This document shows positions 7,762-15,535 of a DNA stretch of 23,987 bases, in pieces. A program made the translations under genes and the position numbers. Positions within the stretch are counted from its first letter, which is position 1. Each line of letters begins with the position of its first letter. Source of the stretch: Verrucomicrobiota bacterium (GTDB lineage: Bacteria > Verrucomicrobiota > Verrucomicrobiia > Limisphaerales > CAZBKV01). The stretch is taken from positions 1-23,987 of the forward strand of contig JAGHDA010000115.1 of assembly GCA_021160185.1 (NCBI GenBank), in the 5' to 3' direction. A model generated the notes under the pieces. That model worked only from the letters and a program-made list of their open reading frames with translations, was not told the DNA's origin and did not search any database.

Positions 7762-8388
7762 TTAGTTAGACGGCAAGCGCCGACGCTCTGCTGCCCCGCC
7801 GCTGAGTTTTTCGTAGGCGGCCGCAAGCCGACGCAGGCACCGCGAGAGCCGCGAGCTTACGGTCTTGGGGTGAAGGCCAAGGGCCGCCGCCAATTCCTCG
7901 TAGCTCAAATCGCCGAAATAACGGAGCTGGATCAGCTCCCGACAACGGGCGGGCAGCAGGGCCAACGCCTCCGCTATAAGCGCCGCCTCTTCCCGTCGAG
8001 ACACAACCTCGCTCGGAAGCGGCCCTTCATCCGCCGCTTGCGCAGCCGGCTCGCCTTCTCGCCCAGGCTCGTTCAGAGAAAGGAGCGCGCGGCCGCCGCC
8101 GCGTTTTTCGGCCTGACGCCGGGAAAGGAAATCCCGCGTCTTGTTGACTGCAATGCGGAAGAGCCACGTCTGGAGGGCGCTTCCGCCCCGGAAGCGGCGT
8201 AAATGTCTCGCTGCGGCGAGAAGGGTTTCCTGGGCGATTTCCTCGGCGTCCTCGATCGAAAGATCGGCGCTTAGTTGATAAGCGAAACGGCAGATCGGCT
8301 CGTAGTGCGCCTCGAACAAGCGCTCCCACGCCTTTGTCTCGCCACGGAGACAACGCTCGATCAACTCCGCCTCATCCCGGAGATTCAT
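7762..8388 (-). CDS. RNA polymerase ECF-type sigma-70 family factor (sigma-24-like)
   Basis: Region 2 is LIERCLRGETKAWERLFEAHYEPICRFAYQL...AQETLLAAARHLRRFRGGSALQTWLFRIAVNKTRDFLSRR. Region 4 is LPARCRELIQLRYFGDLSYEELAAALGLHPKTVSSRLSRCLRRL. Confidence 0.9.
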   Translation of the reverse strand: MNLRDEAELIERCLRGETKAWERLFEAHYEPICRFAYQLSADLSIEDAEEIAQETLLAAARHLRRFRGGSALQTWLFRIAVNKTRDFLSRRQAEKRGGGRALLSLNEPGREGEPAAQAADEGPLPSEVVSRREEAALIAEALALLPARCRELIQLRYFGDLSYEELAAALGLHPKTVSSRLSRCLRRLAAAYEKLSGGAAERRRLPSN

Positions 8389-8445
8389 CGCCCAGGGTTC
8401 GCTTTCCCGTTGTTCACCATTCGGCTTTCCCCCATTCTATGAGGC

Positions 8446-8832
8446 GTGTCGGAGCCTCTGGCCATCATCTTTTACGAGAACCTGCTGGCGGGCAACCAAC
8501 TGGCGAATCGCCTGCGGGACCTGGGCTACGGGGTGAGAAGAGCGCGCGTGGCGCAAGAAGTCCCCGAGGAGGCGGCGCGGCTGCAGGCGCTTTTTGTGTT
8601 CCTCGAAATAGGCGAAGCGCAGGAAGCGGCGCTGGAAGCGGTGCGCGCCCTCAAGTCTTCCCCGCGCACGCGGCATGTGCCCGTGCTCGCGTTCACCGGC
8701 GAACAAGCCCCCGCCGAGCAGCAAAAACGCCTTCAGGCGGCGCGGGAAGCCGGGGCGGACGCGGCGACTGAGGAACGGGGGTTGCTTGCGCATCTGCCGG
8801 CGATGCTGGAGCAACTGCTGAACCTGGATTAA
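8446..8832 (+). CDS. Degenerate response-regulator receiver (pseudo-receiver) domain protein, stand-alone
   Basis: 128 aa with CheY-like alternation (IIFYEN / ALFVFLEIGE / HVPVLAFTG). The usual acidic pocket (DD) and the phospho-acceptor Asp are replaced (YE; LE). GTG start with a poor SD. Strong GC3 codon bias supports coding. Confidence 0.45.
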   Translation: MSEPLAIIFYENLLAGNQLANRLRDLGYGVRRARVAQEVPEEAARLQALFVFLEIGEAQEAALEAVRALKSSPRTRHVPVLAFTGEQAPAEQQKRLQAAREAGADAATEERGLLAHLPAMLEQLLNLD

Positions 8833-8859
8833 ACGGCGCGCCGGCTGAGGAACGGCGCA

Positions 8860-8878
8860 AGCCCGCCGGCGGCTTTTC
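8860..8878 (+). terminator. Weak candidate terminator between convergent genes
   Basis: GC-rich imperfect palindrome (gcccgccggcggc) followed by TTTT at ~8874-8877, in the 66-nt gap between the convergent 8446..8832 (+) and 8899..10602 (-) genes. The stem is imperfect. Confidence 0.2.
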
Positions 8879-8898
8879 CCGAATGCTCCGTGCGCCTA

Positions 8899-10602
8899 TT
8901 ACGGGGCCTCCGTCGGCTGCTGCGGCCGCTCATCTCGGCCCAGAGGCGTGTGGATGCCGCTCAGGCGGTAGTAGTATTCGTACCACTCACGGAAGGCCGT
9001 CGACTCGCGCGTCCGCGCCAGCCGCGCCATGTACTCAGGCAAAACCTCTTTCAACTCCTGCTCAGTCACCGGATGGCGCTTGACCACATGGAGCACAAAT
9101 CCGCCGTCCTGTGTGGGGATCAAATCGCTGACATCGCCTTCCTTCAAATCGGCAGCCACCCGCTTGACCTGGTAAAAGTTTAAGCGCCGGTCCCACTGAG
9201 GAAGGGACGTGGAAGACTGGGAAAAACGCGGCAGAGTCACGACCGGCACATTTTCCTCCAGGCACACCTGGCGGAAGCTTTTGCCCTGGCTCATGGCCGT
9301 AATCAATTTCTTGTGGAAGCGCTTCCCGGCCTCCCGAGCCAGCTCACGCGCCCGATCCAACCGGAAATCGCGCTCCACACGCGCCTTGACACTCTCGAAA
9401 GGCGGGATCTCGCTGGGCAATCGTTGCTTTAAAGCCAGGATGTAGACGCCGTCTTCGGAGACGATCGGCGAGGTGAAAGGCTGGGCCTCGTTCAACTGGA
9501 AGACCGCGTCGATCATCCGTCGAGAGGCGGGAATCTCCAGAGGGCCCGTGGCCTCTGGGAACGGGCGAGTGACGCCCACTTTGAGCCCTTCTTTGGCGGC
9601 CAGGGCGGCCAGGTTCTCCGCCTTCATCGGGGTCATCTCAAACAGCTTCGAGCCGAAGGCCGCCGCATCCCGCCGAGCCAGGATCGTCGCCTGCTGCCGA
9701 ACCCACTGCTGCTTGATCCGCTGCTTCGCCTTTTCCGGAGGAAGCGGCTGGCCCTTGGCGTCCAGGAAAGCGTCCGCGCCCCGACGGGCGTATTCCTGAT
9801 CCAACGCCGCTGTCAAATTGGTTTGTGAATTGAGCTTCTTTTCCGCCTGGGCCAGGTAGTTGGTGATCGGAAAGCGCACATAGCTGACCGCCACCCGCTC
9901 CGGAATGCGGTATCGGCTCAAGTGGTTGCTGTAGTACTGAAGGAGCGCCTCCGGCGTCGGTTTCACCTGTTTCCAGTAATTGGTGGACTCAAAAACCACC
10001 GCCTCGGCGTCGATGCGTTCGTTGAGCTCCTTGTATTGCTCGCCCGCTTCTCTGGGAGTGATCAGATCGCCCAACACGCCCGCCGTGCGGATTAGATGGA
10101 GAATAGCCGCTTCGTGCCGCGCAAACTGGGCCAACTGCTTGGCCGTTATCCCCCGTCGGGTTAACTCCGGATTCTTCAGGAGCGCGAGAAAATTCCTCTT
10201 GGCTGATTCAGGACGGCTGGGATCGGCCAGGCGGCGCCGAAGCCAATCCGCCGCGGCCTTGTCGCCCACCTTGATCCCCGCTTGTTTCACCAAGTCCAGA
10301 AGCACCAGCCGGTTCCGGGCCTCCCGTTCGGGAATGAAGTTCGCCTGCTTCGCCACGGGCCCCTCCGGCCAAACGCCGCGATACCGGAAGAAAAAGCTCA
10401 AATGCGCCTCCAGCCACGCCTGGCGGTACTCCTTCAGAGAAATGGGGCGTCCGTGGATCTCGCCCACGGTGGAAGGGCCGCGCACCGAAGCCCTGCGGCC
10501 CACGGTGGGCGTGAAGAAAATCACAAAGGTGATGATCGTGACCGCGCTGACGACGATCCACAACCACTTCTGATGCTTTCTAATCGTGCCGAACATAGGC
10601 AA
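8899..10602 (-). CDS. ppiD: Periplasmic chaperone PpiD-like (SurA N-terminal domain / parvulin-type PPIase family), membrane-anchored
   Basis: N-terminal MFGTIRKHQKWLWIVVSAVTIITFVIF anchor typical of PpiD. ~560 aa with SurA-N-like and PPIase-like regions. The start is TTG at 10602 or ATG at 10596. Confidence 0.75.
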   Translation of the reverse strand: MPMFGTIRKHQKWLWIVVSAVTIITFVIFFTPTVGRRASVRGPSTVGEIHGRPISLKEYRQAWLEAHLSFFFRYRGVWPEGPVAKQANFIPEREARNRLVLLDLVKQAGIKVGDKAAADWLRRRLADPSRPESAKRNFLALLKNPELTRRGITAKQLAQFARHEAAILHLIRTAGVLGDLITPREAGEQYKELNERIDAEAVVFESTNYWKQVKPTPEALLQYYSNHLSRYRIPERVAVSYVRFPITNYLAQAEKKLNSQTNLTAALDQEYARRGADAFLDAKGQPLPPEKAKQRIKQQWVRQQATILARRDAAAFGSKLFEMTPMKAENLAALAAKEGLKVGVTRPFPEATGPLEIPASRRMIDAVFQLNEAQPFTSPIVSEDGVYILALKQRLPSEIPPFESVKARVERDFRLDRARELAREAGKRFHKKLITAMSQGKSFRQVCLEENVPVVTLPRFSQSSTSLPQWDRRLNFYQVKRVAADLKEGDVSDLIPTQDGGFVLHVVKRHPVTEQELKEVLPEYMARLARTRESTAFREWYEYYYRLSGIHTPLGRDERPQQPTEAP

Positions 10603-10858
10603 TCAAACGTGAGCGACAGCGTAGACGCCCGCTGTCGGGCCGGTCAAACGCAAAACGAGCTTCCGCGTCAAAAACTGCGCCCTCTCCAGACAAAGCCGCC
10701 TCCTCACAACGGAAGCCCCGCCTTCATCCCCTGCCCGAGGGCCGCCGGTTCCGACCTTGACCCCTTCCCTCGAGAAGCAAGGCCGCGTTGTTTCCGCTCC
10801 CCCCGCGCCGCCGAGCCGCATAGATCCATTCTGAATTTCTTGAACGCGCCCTCTTGCT

Positions 10859-10878
10859 CGGTCTTAATCGGTCTTAAT
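10859..10878. repeat. Perfect tandem direct repeat (CGGTCTTAAT)x2 in the promoter region of the FG-GAP gene
   Basis: cggtcttaat cggtcttaat read directly at 10859-10878. It is an AT-rich island in a GC-rich region, 19-46 nt upstream of the candidate starts. Confidence 0.6.
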
Positions 10879-10923
10879 GGCTCCGGGAACCAAAGGATGG
10901 CTGGAAACTCGGTCGCTCTCATC

Positions 10924-12168
10924 ATGAATATCTCAGCTAGAAGCTTGAATTGCCTCCGGATCCTTGTCTGCGCGGGGCTGGCAGCAACGGGGGCGGCATG
11001 CCGGCAAGCCCGCGCCCGCGAAGGGTGGGCGCGGCATGTGATCGACCGATCCTCGCAAGGGGCGGACGGCGTGCGGCTGGGCGACCTGAACCGGGACGGC
11101 TTGCCCGACATTGCGACCGGATGGGAAGAAGGCGGCCGCGTGCGCGTCTGTCTCAACCCCGGACCGGCCAAAGCCCGAGAGCCATGGCCGGCGGTCACCG
11201 TGGGCAAGGTTCCCAACGTCGAGGACGCCCTGCTTGTGGATCTGGACGGAGACGGCCGGCAAGACGTGGCGAGCTGCGCCGAAGGCCGCACGCGGGCGAT
11301 GTTCGCGCACTGGGCGCCTCGGTCTCCGAAACGCCTTCTCGATCCGAAGGCCTGGCGCACGGAAGCGATTCCCGCCTCGCGCGGCAAGATGATGTGGATG
11401 TTCGCCGCGCCGATCCGGGCAGAGGGCAAACGCGGCGCGGACTTGATCGCAGGGGGAAAGGGCCCAGGCGCGGCGCTGGGTCGGTGGCGATTGCCCGAGC
11501 GGGCCCGGAATCCGGCTGCGTGGCATTGGCGCGCCCTGCGTCCGGTAGGATGGCTCATGTCCCTGGTCATTGAGGATATGAACGGCGACGGCCGCCAGGA
11601 CGTGTTGTTCTCCGACCGCAAAGGCCCCCGGCGGGGTTGTTTCTGGCTGGAACAACCCGGCGCCGACGCCCCGGAAGCCCCCTGGCGGGAACACCCGGTG
11701 GGCGGAGAGGGCCTTGAGGCCATGTTCCTTTCCACGGCGGATCTGGATCAGGACGGCCTGGAAGACGTGGTGGCAGCCGCAAAGCCGCGTCTGATCCTCT
11801 TTTGCCGCCGGTTGAACGTCTCGGGAGACAAATGGCGGGTCTTCCCGACCCGCATGCCCGAGGAAGCGGGCACAGCCAAGGCCGTGGCGGCGGGCGATAT
11901 GAACAACGACGGCCGTCTCGACCTCGTGTTCACCACGGAACAGGCCTCGCACGGACGCCAGGGCGTCATGTGGCTGAGCTATCGAGAGAGCCCCTTCCGG
12001 CCCGATTGGCAGCCGCACGCCGTCAGCGGCGTGGACGGCGTCAAACACGACCTGATCGAACTGATCGATCTGGACAACGACGGCGATCTGGATGTGCTCA
12101 CCTGCGAGGAAGCGCGCAACCTGGGCGTGTTCTGGTACGAGAACCCCCTGCTCGAGCCTCGGGACTGA
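10924..12168 (+). CDS. Secreted FG-GAP / VCBS-type beta-propeller repeat protein
   Basis: Signal peptide MNISARSLNCLRILVCAGLAATGAAC. At least 7 repeats of the D-x-[DN]-x-D-G-x-x-D calcium-binding-like motif (DLNRDGLPD, DLDGDGRQD, DMNGDGRQD, DLDQDGLED, DMNNDGRLD, DLDNDGDLD). An alternative ATG at 10897 has an adjacent AAGGA. The ORF-track start at 10282 is antisense-shadow extension. Confidence 0.75.
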   Translation: MNISARSLNCLRILVCAGLAATGAACRQARAREGWARHVIDRSSQGADGVRLGDLNRDGLPDIATGWEEGGRVRVCLNPGPAKAREPWPAVTVGKVPNVEDALLVDLDGDGRQDVASCAEGRTRAMFAHWAPRSPKRLLDPKAWRTEAIPASRGKMMWMFAAPIRAEGKRGADLIAGGKGPGAALGRWRLPERARNPAAWHWRALRPVGWLMSLVIEDMNGDGRQDVLFSDRKGPRRGCFWLEQPGADAPEAPWREHPVGGEGLEAMFLSTADLDQDGLEDVVAAAKPRLILFCRRLNVSGDKWRVFPTRMPEEAGTAKAVAAGDMNNDGRLDLVFTTEQASHGRQGVMWLSYRESPFRPDWQPHAVSGVDGVKHDLIELIDLDNDGDLDVLTCEEARNLGVFWYENPLLEPRD

Positions 12169-12245
12169 CCCGCCCAGGCGCGCAGAGAAGGCGCCGTAAG
12201 GAAGCAACCTTGCATTCCAGAGACGGGCTTCCCACACTCTGGGCG

Positions 12246-12263
12246 CTCCCCCGACGGGGGGAG
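12246..12263 (+). promoter_or_regulatory. Stable hairpin sequestering the Shine-Dalgarno of the prepilin peptidase gene
   Basis: CTCCCCC (12246-12252) / loop gacg / GGGGGAG (12257-12263) form a perfect 7-bp stem. The 3' arm contains the GGAGG SD, 18 nt upstream of ATG 12282. There is no U-tract after it, so it is not an intrinsic terminator. Confidence 0.4.
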
Positions 12264-12281
12264 GAACAAGACGCGGAACTC

Positions 12282-13448
12282 ATGGGAAGCGAAGCGGCAT
12301 GGGGGCGGATGCCCTTTCACTTTTGGTCCGTCACAGCCTTTGTTGTGGGGTGCGTGACGGGTAGTTTTCTGAACGTTTGCATCCATCGGCTTCCCCGCGG
12401 GGAAAGCATTGTCTCCCCGCCTTCCCATTGCCCTCATTGCGGCCGCCGGATCCCCTGGCATCTAAACCTGCCGCTGATCAGTTGGTTGGCGCTTCGGGGG
12501 CATTGCGCCTGGTGTCGCGCGCCGATCTCGCCGCGGTATTTTGTCGTGGAGCTGATCACAGGGCTGGCGTTCCTCGGCGTCTGGCTGCGCTTCGGGGCGG
12601 CTGACCCGGCCGCGGCGGCGGTGTGGGCCGTGTTCCTTGCCGGATTGATCGCCGCGACCTTCATCGACGTGGAGCACTTTATCATTCCGGACCGGATCAC
12701 CCTCGGCGGAGCGGCGGCGGGGTTCTTGTTTTCCTTTTTTGTGCCGGCTGTTCAGGGAACTTCCTCGTCGGTCGAGGCGATGACGCGCTCCCTTGTCGGG
12801 GCGGCCGCCGGCGCGGGCAGTCTTTACCTCGTCCTGCGAGGGGGCAAACTGTTGTTCGGCCGCAAGCGCCTTCGGTTTGAAGCGCCTCTCTGGATTCTCT
12901 TCGGCCGCCGAGGACTCCATCTGCCTGAGGAAAGCGCGGCCTACGAAGATCTGCTCTATCGGGGAAACGATCGAATCCGAGCCCCGGAGGCTCAAGTCGA
13001 ACTGGAAGACCGGTGTTTGCTCCGCGCCGAAGTGCGCGCGGGGTTGAAAGGAAAGGAAGTCCGGGAACTGCCTTCCTTCCCACAGGGCGGATCGGAAGCC
13101 TCCTCCGCAAGCGCCGGCCGAGAGGAAGCGTTGTTCGCGTTGCGACTGCGCCTGGAAGAAGGGCCGTTGATCTGGGCCCGGTGCAAGGAGCTGATTCTTC
13201 CCCGCGAAGTGATGGGCCTCGGGGACGTCAAGTTTCTGGCCGCCATCGGGGCCTTCACAGGTTGGCAAGGAGCGCTCTTCGCCATCATGGCCAGCGCGCT
13301 GATCGGCTCGGCCGCCGGGCTTGCAGCTGTGGCGCTAGGCAGGCGCCAATGGTCGGCGCAAATTCCCTACGGTCCCTACCTGGCCGCCGCAGCGGCGCTT
13401 TGGATTTTCGCCGGGCCGCAGATCGCGGCCCGCTGGCTCGGGATGTAA
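12282..13448 (+). CDS. pilD: Prepilin (type IV leader) peptidase, A24 family, with a ~110-aa insertion in the cytoplasmic loop before the second catalytic Asp
   Basis: FLNVCIHRLP; Zn tetracysteine CPHCGRR...CAWCRAPISPRY; first catalytic Asp in IDVEHFIIPD; second in GLGDVKFLAAIGAFTGW. The two Asps are 186 residues apart, versus ~64 typically. ATG 12282 or ATG 12309 (MPFHF...) are both plausible starts. The ORF-track start at 11802 is shadow. Confidence 0.8.
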   Translation: MGSEAAWGRMPFHFWSVTAFVVGCVTGSFLNVCIHRLPRGESIVSPPSHCPHCGRRIPWHLNLPLISWLALRGHCAWCRAPISPRYFVVELITGLAFLGVWLRFGAADPAAAAVWAVFLAGLIAATFIDVEHFIIPDRITLGGAAAGFLFSFFVPAVQGTSSSVEAMTRSLVGAAAGAGSLYLVLRGGKLLFGRKRLRFEAPLWILFGRRGLHLPEESAAYEDLLYRGNDRIRAPEAQVELEDRCLLRAEVRAGLKGKEVRELPSFPQGGSEASSASAGREEALFALRLRLEEGPLIWARCKELILPREVMGLGDVKFLAAIGAFTGWQGALFAIMASALIGSAAGLAAVALGRRQWSAQIPYGPYLAAAAALWIFAGPQIAARWLGM

Positions 13449-13450
13449 GC

Positions 13451-15514
13451 TCAGGCCGCGCCCGCGGCGGGCGCGATCCTGGCGCCCGGCGCAGGCCCTC
13501 CGGCGGCGCCGCTGTCAGCCTCGGGTCGGAACGGCTCCAGCTCCTCGCCTTGGCGCACCAACCTCGCGCTGTTGAACACGACGATCAGAGAGCCCACATT
13601 GTGGAGAATCGCCGCGAGGATCGGATTGATGTATCCGAAGGCGGAGAAAGTCAGGCCGCTGATGATAAACAGCACCCCAAAGGCGAAGTTTTGATTGATT
13701 ACGCTGCGCGTGGACCGGGAAAGACGGACAAGGAAGGGGATGCGCCGCAGGTCGTTGTTCATGAGGGCGATCGTGGCGCTGTGGATCGCCACCTCGCTGC
13801 CGGCCGCTCCCATCGCCACGCCCATGTCGCCCGCGGCCAAGGCCGGGGCGTCGTTGACGCCGTCGCCGACAAACGCCACGCGGTACCCCTTGGCGCGCAG
13901 AGAGGCCACAAAGTCGACCTTGTCCTGGGGGAGACACTCGGCCAGAACCTCCTCGCAGCCCATTTCCCGGGCAACCCGCAGGGCCACCGGTTTGCGGTCG
14001 CCGGTCACCATGGCCACCCGGCGCACTCCCGCCTCTTTCAGGCCGGCCAAAGCTTCCTTGGCTTCCTTCCGCACTTCATCCCGCAGGCCGATCCAGCCCA
14101 GATAGCGGCCGTCCACAGCCACGTAGATCAAGCTGTAGCCTTCGGTCTCCTTCAGGTCGATCGCTTTGCTCAAGTCTTCCTGAACCCCGTTTTGTTTCAG
14201 CCACGCGGCGCGGCCCACGACCACCTTCTTTCCATCCACCACGGCGCGAACGCCGCGGCCGGCGGTTTCGGAAAATTCCCGCGGCTCCGCCAGAGGCACC
14301 CCGGCTTCGCCGGCGAGCTCGGCCAAGGCTTTCGCTGTGGGGTGGTTGCTGTACTGCTCGGCGGAAGCGGCCAGGCGGAGCAGCTCGGCGGCCTTGATCC
14401 CCGCCGCCGGGGCTAGCCGGCTCACCGCGAGGACGCCGGTGGTGAGCGTGCCGGTCTTGTCAAACACAAAGGCGTTGATGCGAGCGGCCAACTCGATGTC
14501 GGCCACGTTCTTGATCAACACGCCAAGCCGGGCGGCGGCGGAAAGCGCGGCCACCATGGCGGTGGGCGAGGCCAGAATGAAGGCGCACGGACAGGACACG
14601 ATCAGGACGGCGATCGTGCGGTCCAGGCTCCGGGTGAAGGCCCACACCAAGGCGCCCATCAAGAGCACCAGCGGAGTGTAGTAAACCATGTACTGGTCGA
14701 CGATACGGAGGAATGGAAGCTTGGTCTTCTGAGCGGCCAGAATCAACTCGCGCACGCGTCCCAAGGTGGTGTCCTCGCCGGCGCGGGTCACCCGCACCTC
14801 GAGCGCGCCGGTCAGGTTCTGCGTCCCGGCGAAGACCTGGTCGCCGGTCCCCTTGTCCACAGGAAGCGATTCGCCGGTGATGTTGGCCTCGTTAATCGAA
14901 GCCTCGCCGGAAACGATCACGCCGTCAGCGGGAACGCTGTCGCCCGGACGCACGCGGATGACGTCGCCCACGCGCAATTCCTGGGCGGGGATCTCCTCCT
15001 CGGAGCCGTCGGGCCGAATCCGCCGGGCTCGGGTGGGAGTCAACTTGATCAGGGACTCGATCGAGGCGCGCGCGCCTTCGGCGGTGCGCGTCTCGATAAG
15101 CTCGCCCAGGAGGAGGAAGAAGGCGACGACGCCGGCGGTCTGATAGTTGCCGCTGCCGAAGCAGGCGAGCACGGCGATCGTGACCAGCTCATTGATGCTG
15201 AGGATGTTCCGTTGAAGGTCGCGGATCGAGTTGAGCACGATCGGGATTCCCAGGATAAGCGCGCCGATCATAGCGCTGGCGCTGGCGACCGCCGCGCCGG
15301 TTTCGGGGAACACCCAATGGAGGACATAGGAATTGATGACAAAGATGAGCCCTACGAACATCTGCGGCAGTCGCACCGAGATGTGTTCGTGCTCATGCTC
15401 ATGGCCTCCTTCGCCCGCTCCGGGAACGGCGCAACAACTGCAAGCGACCCCGCCGCCGGCTTCCTCGCGCAGCGCGCGCGCCTCGCTTCGGCTCAAAATT
15501 CTGTTCTCACGCAT
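13451..15514 (-). CDS. Heavy-metal translocating P1B-type ATPase (CPC type; probable Zn/Cd/Co-like)
   Basis: TGES (ITGESLPV), DKTGTLT, GDGVNDAPAL, and SCPCAFILASPTA in TM6. The N-terminus has CSCC and HEHEHEH metal-binding motifs instead of a classical GMTCxxC HMA domain. The TM8 region is HNVGSLIVVFNSARL. Confidence 0.9.
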   Translation of the reverse strand: MRENRILSRSEARALREEAGGGVACSCCAVPGAGEGGHEHEHEHISVRLPQMFVGLIFVINSYVLHWVFPETGAAVASASAMIGALILGIPIVLNSIRDLQRNILSINELVTIAVLACFGSGNYQTAGVVAFFLLLGELIETRTAEGARASIESLIKLTPTRARRIRPDGSEEEIPAQELRVGDVIRVRPGDSVPADGVIVSGEASINEANITGESLPVDKGTGDQVFAGTQNLTGALEVRVTRAGEDTTLGRVRELILAAQKTKLPFLRIVDQYMVYYTPLVLLMGALVWAFTRSLDRTIAVLIVSCPCAFILASPTAMVAALSAAARLGVLIKNVADIELAARINAFVFDKTGTLTTGVLAVSRLAPAAGIKAAELLRLAASAEQYSNHPTAKALAELAGEAGVPLAEPREFSETAGRGVRAVVDGKKVVVGRAAWLKQNGVQEDLSKAIDLKETEGYSLIYVAVDGRYLGWIGLRDEVRKEAKEALAGLKEAGVRRVAMVTGDRKPVALRVAREMGCEEVLAECLPQDKVDFVASLRAKGYRVAFVGDGVNDAPALAAGDMGVAMGAAGSEVAIHSATIALMNNDLRRIPFLVRLSRSTRSVINQNFAFGVLFIISGLTFSAFGYINPILAAILHNVGSLIVVFNSARLVRQGEELEPFRPEADSGAAGGPAPGARIAPAAGAA

Positions 15515-15535
15515 GGCTCGTTCTCACGGTGTCGA

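Noticed and set aside
7755-7826. TTG start at 7826 for the anti-sigma factor
   Set aside because: It would overlap the sigma-factor gene by 64 nt. The ATG at 7754 lies 7 nt after the sigma stop.
10282-10923. 5' extension of the FG-GAP ORF (ORF-track start at 10282) and of pilD (11802) and GH10 (3258)
   Set aside because: The extensions overlap neighbouring genes on the other strand and lack signal-peptide or SD context. Internal ATGs at 10924, 12282 and 3321 give proper N-termini.
10704-12237. 343-aa and 434-aa minus-strand ORFs across the FG-GAP gene
   Set aside because: Antisense shadows in high-GC DNA. The plus frame carries repeated DxDxDG motifs and a signal peptide.
13013-14416. 467-aa + ORF across the prepilin peptidase / ATPase junction
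   Set aside because: An out-of-frame or antisense read-through of two real genes. Low-complexity composition.
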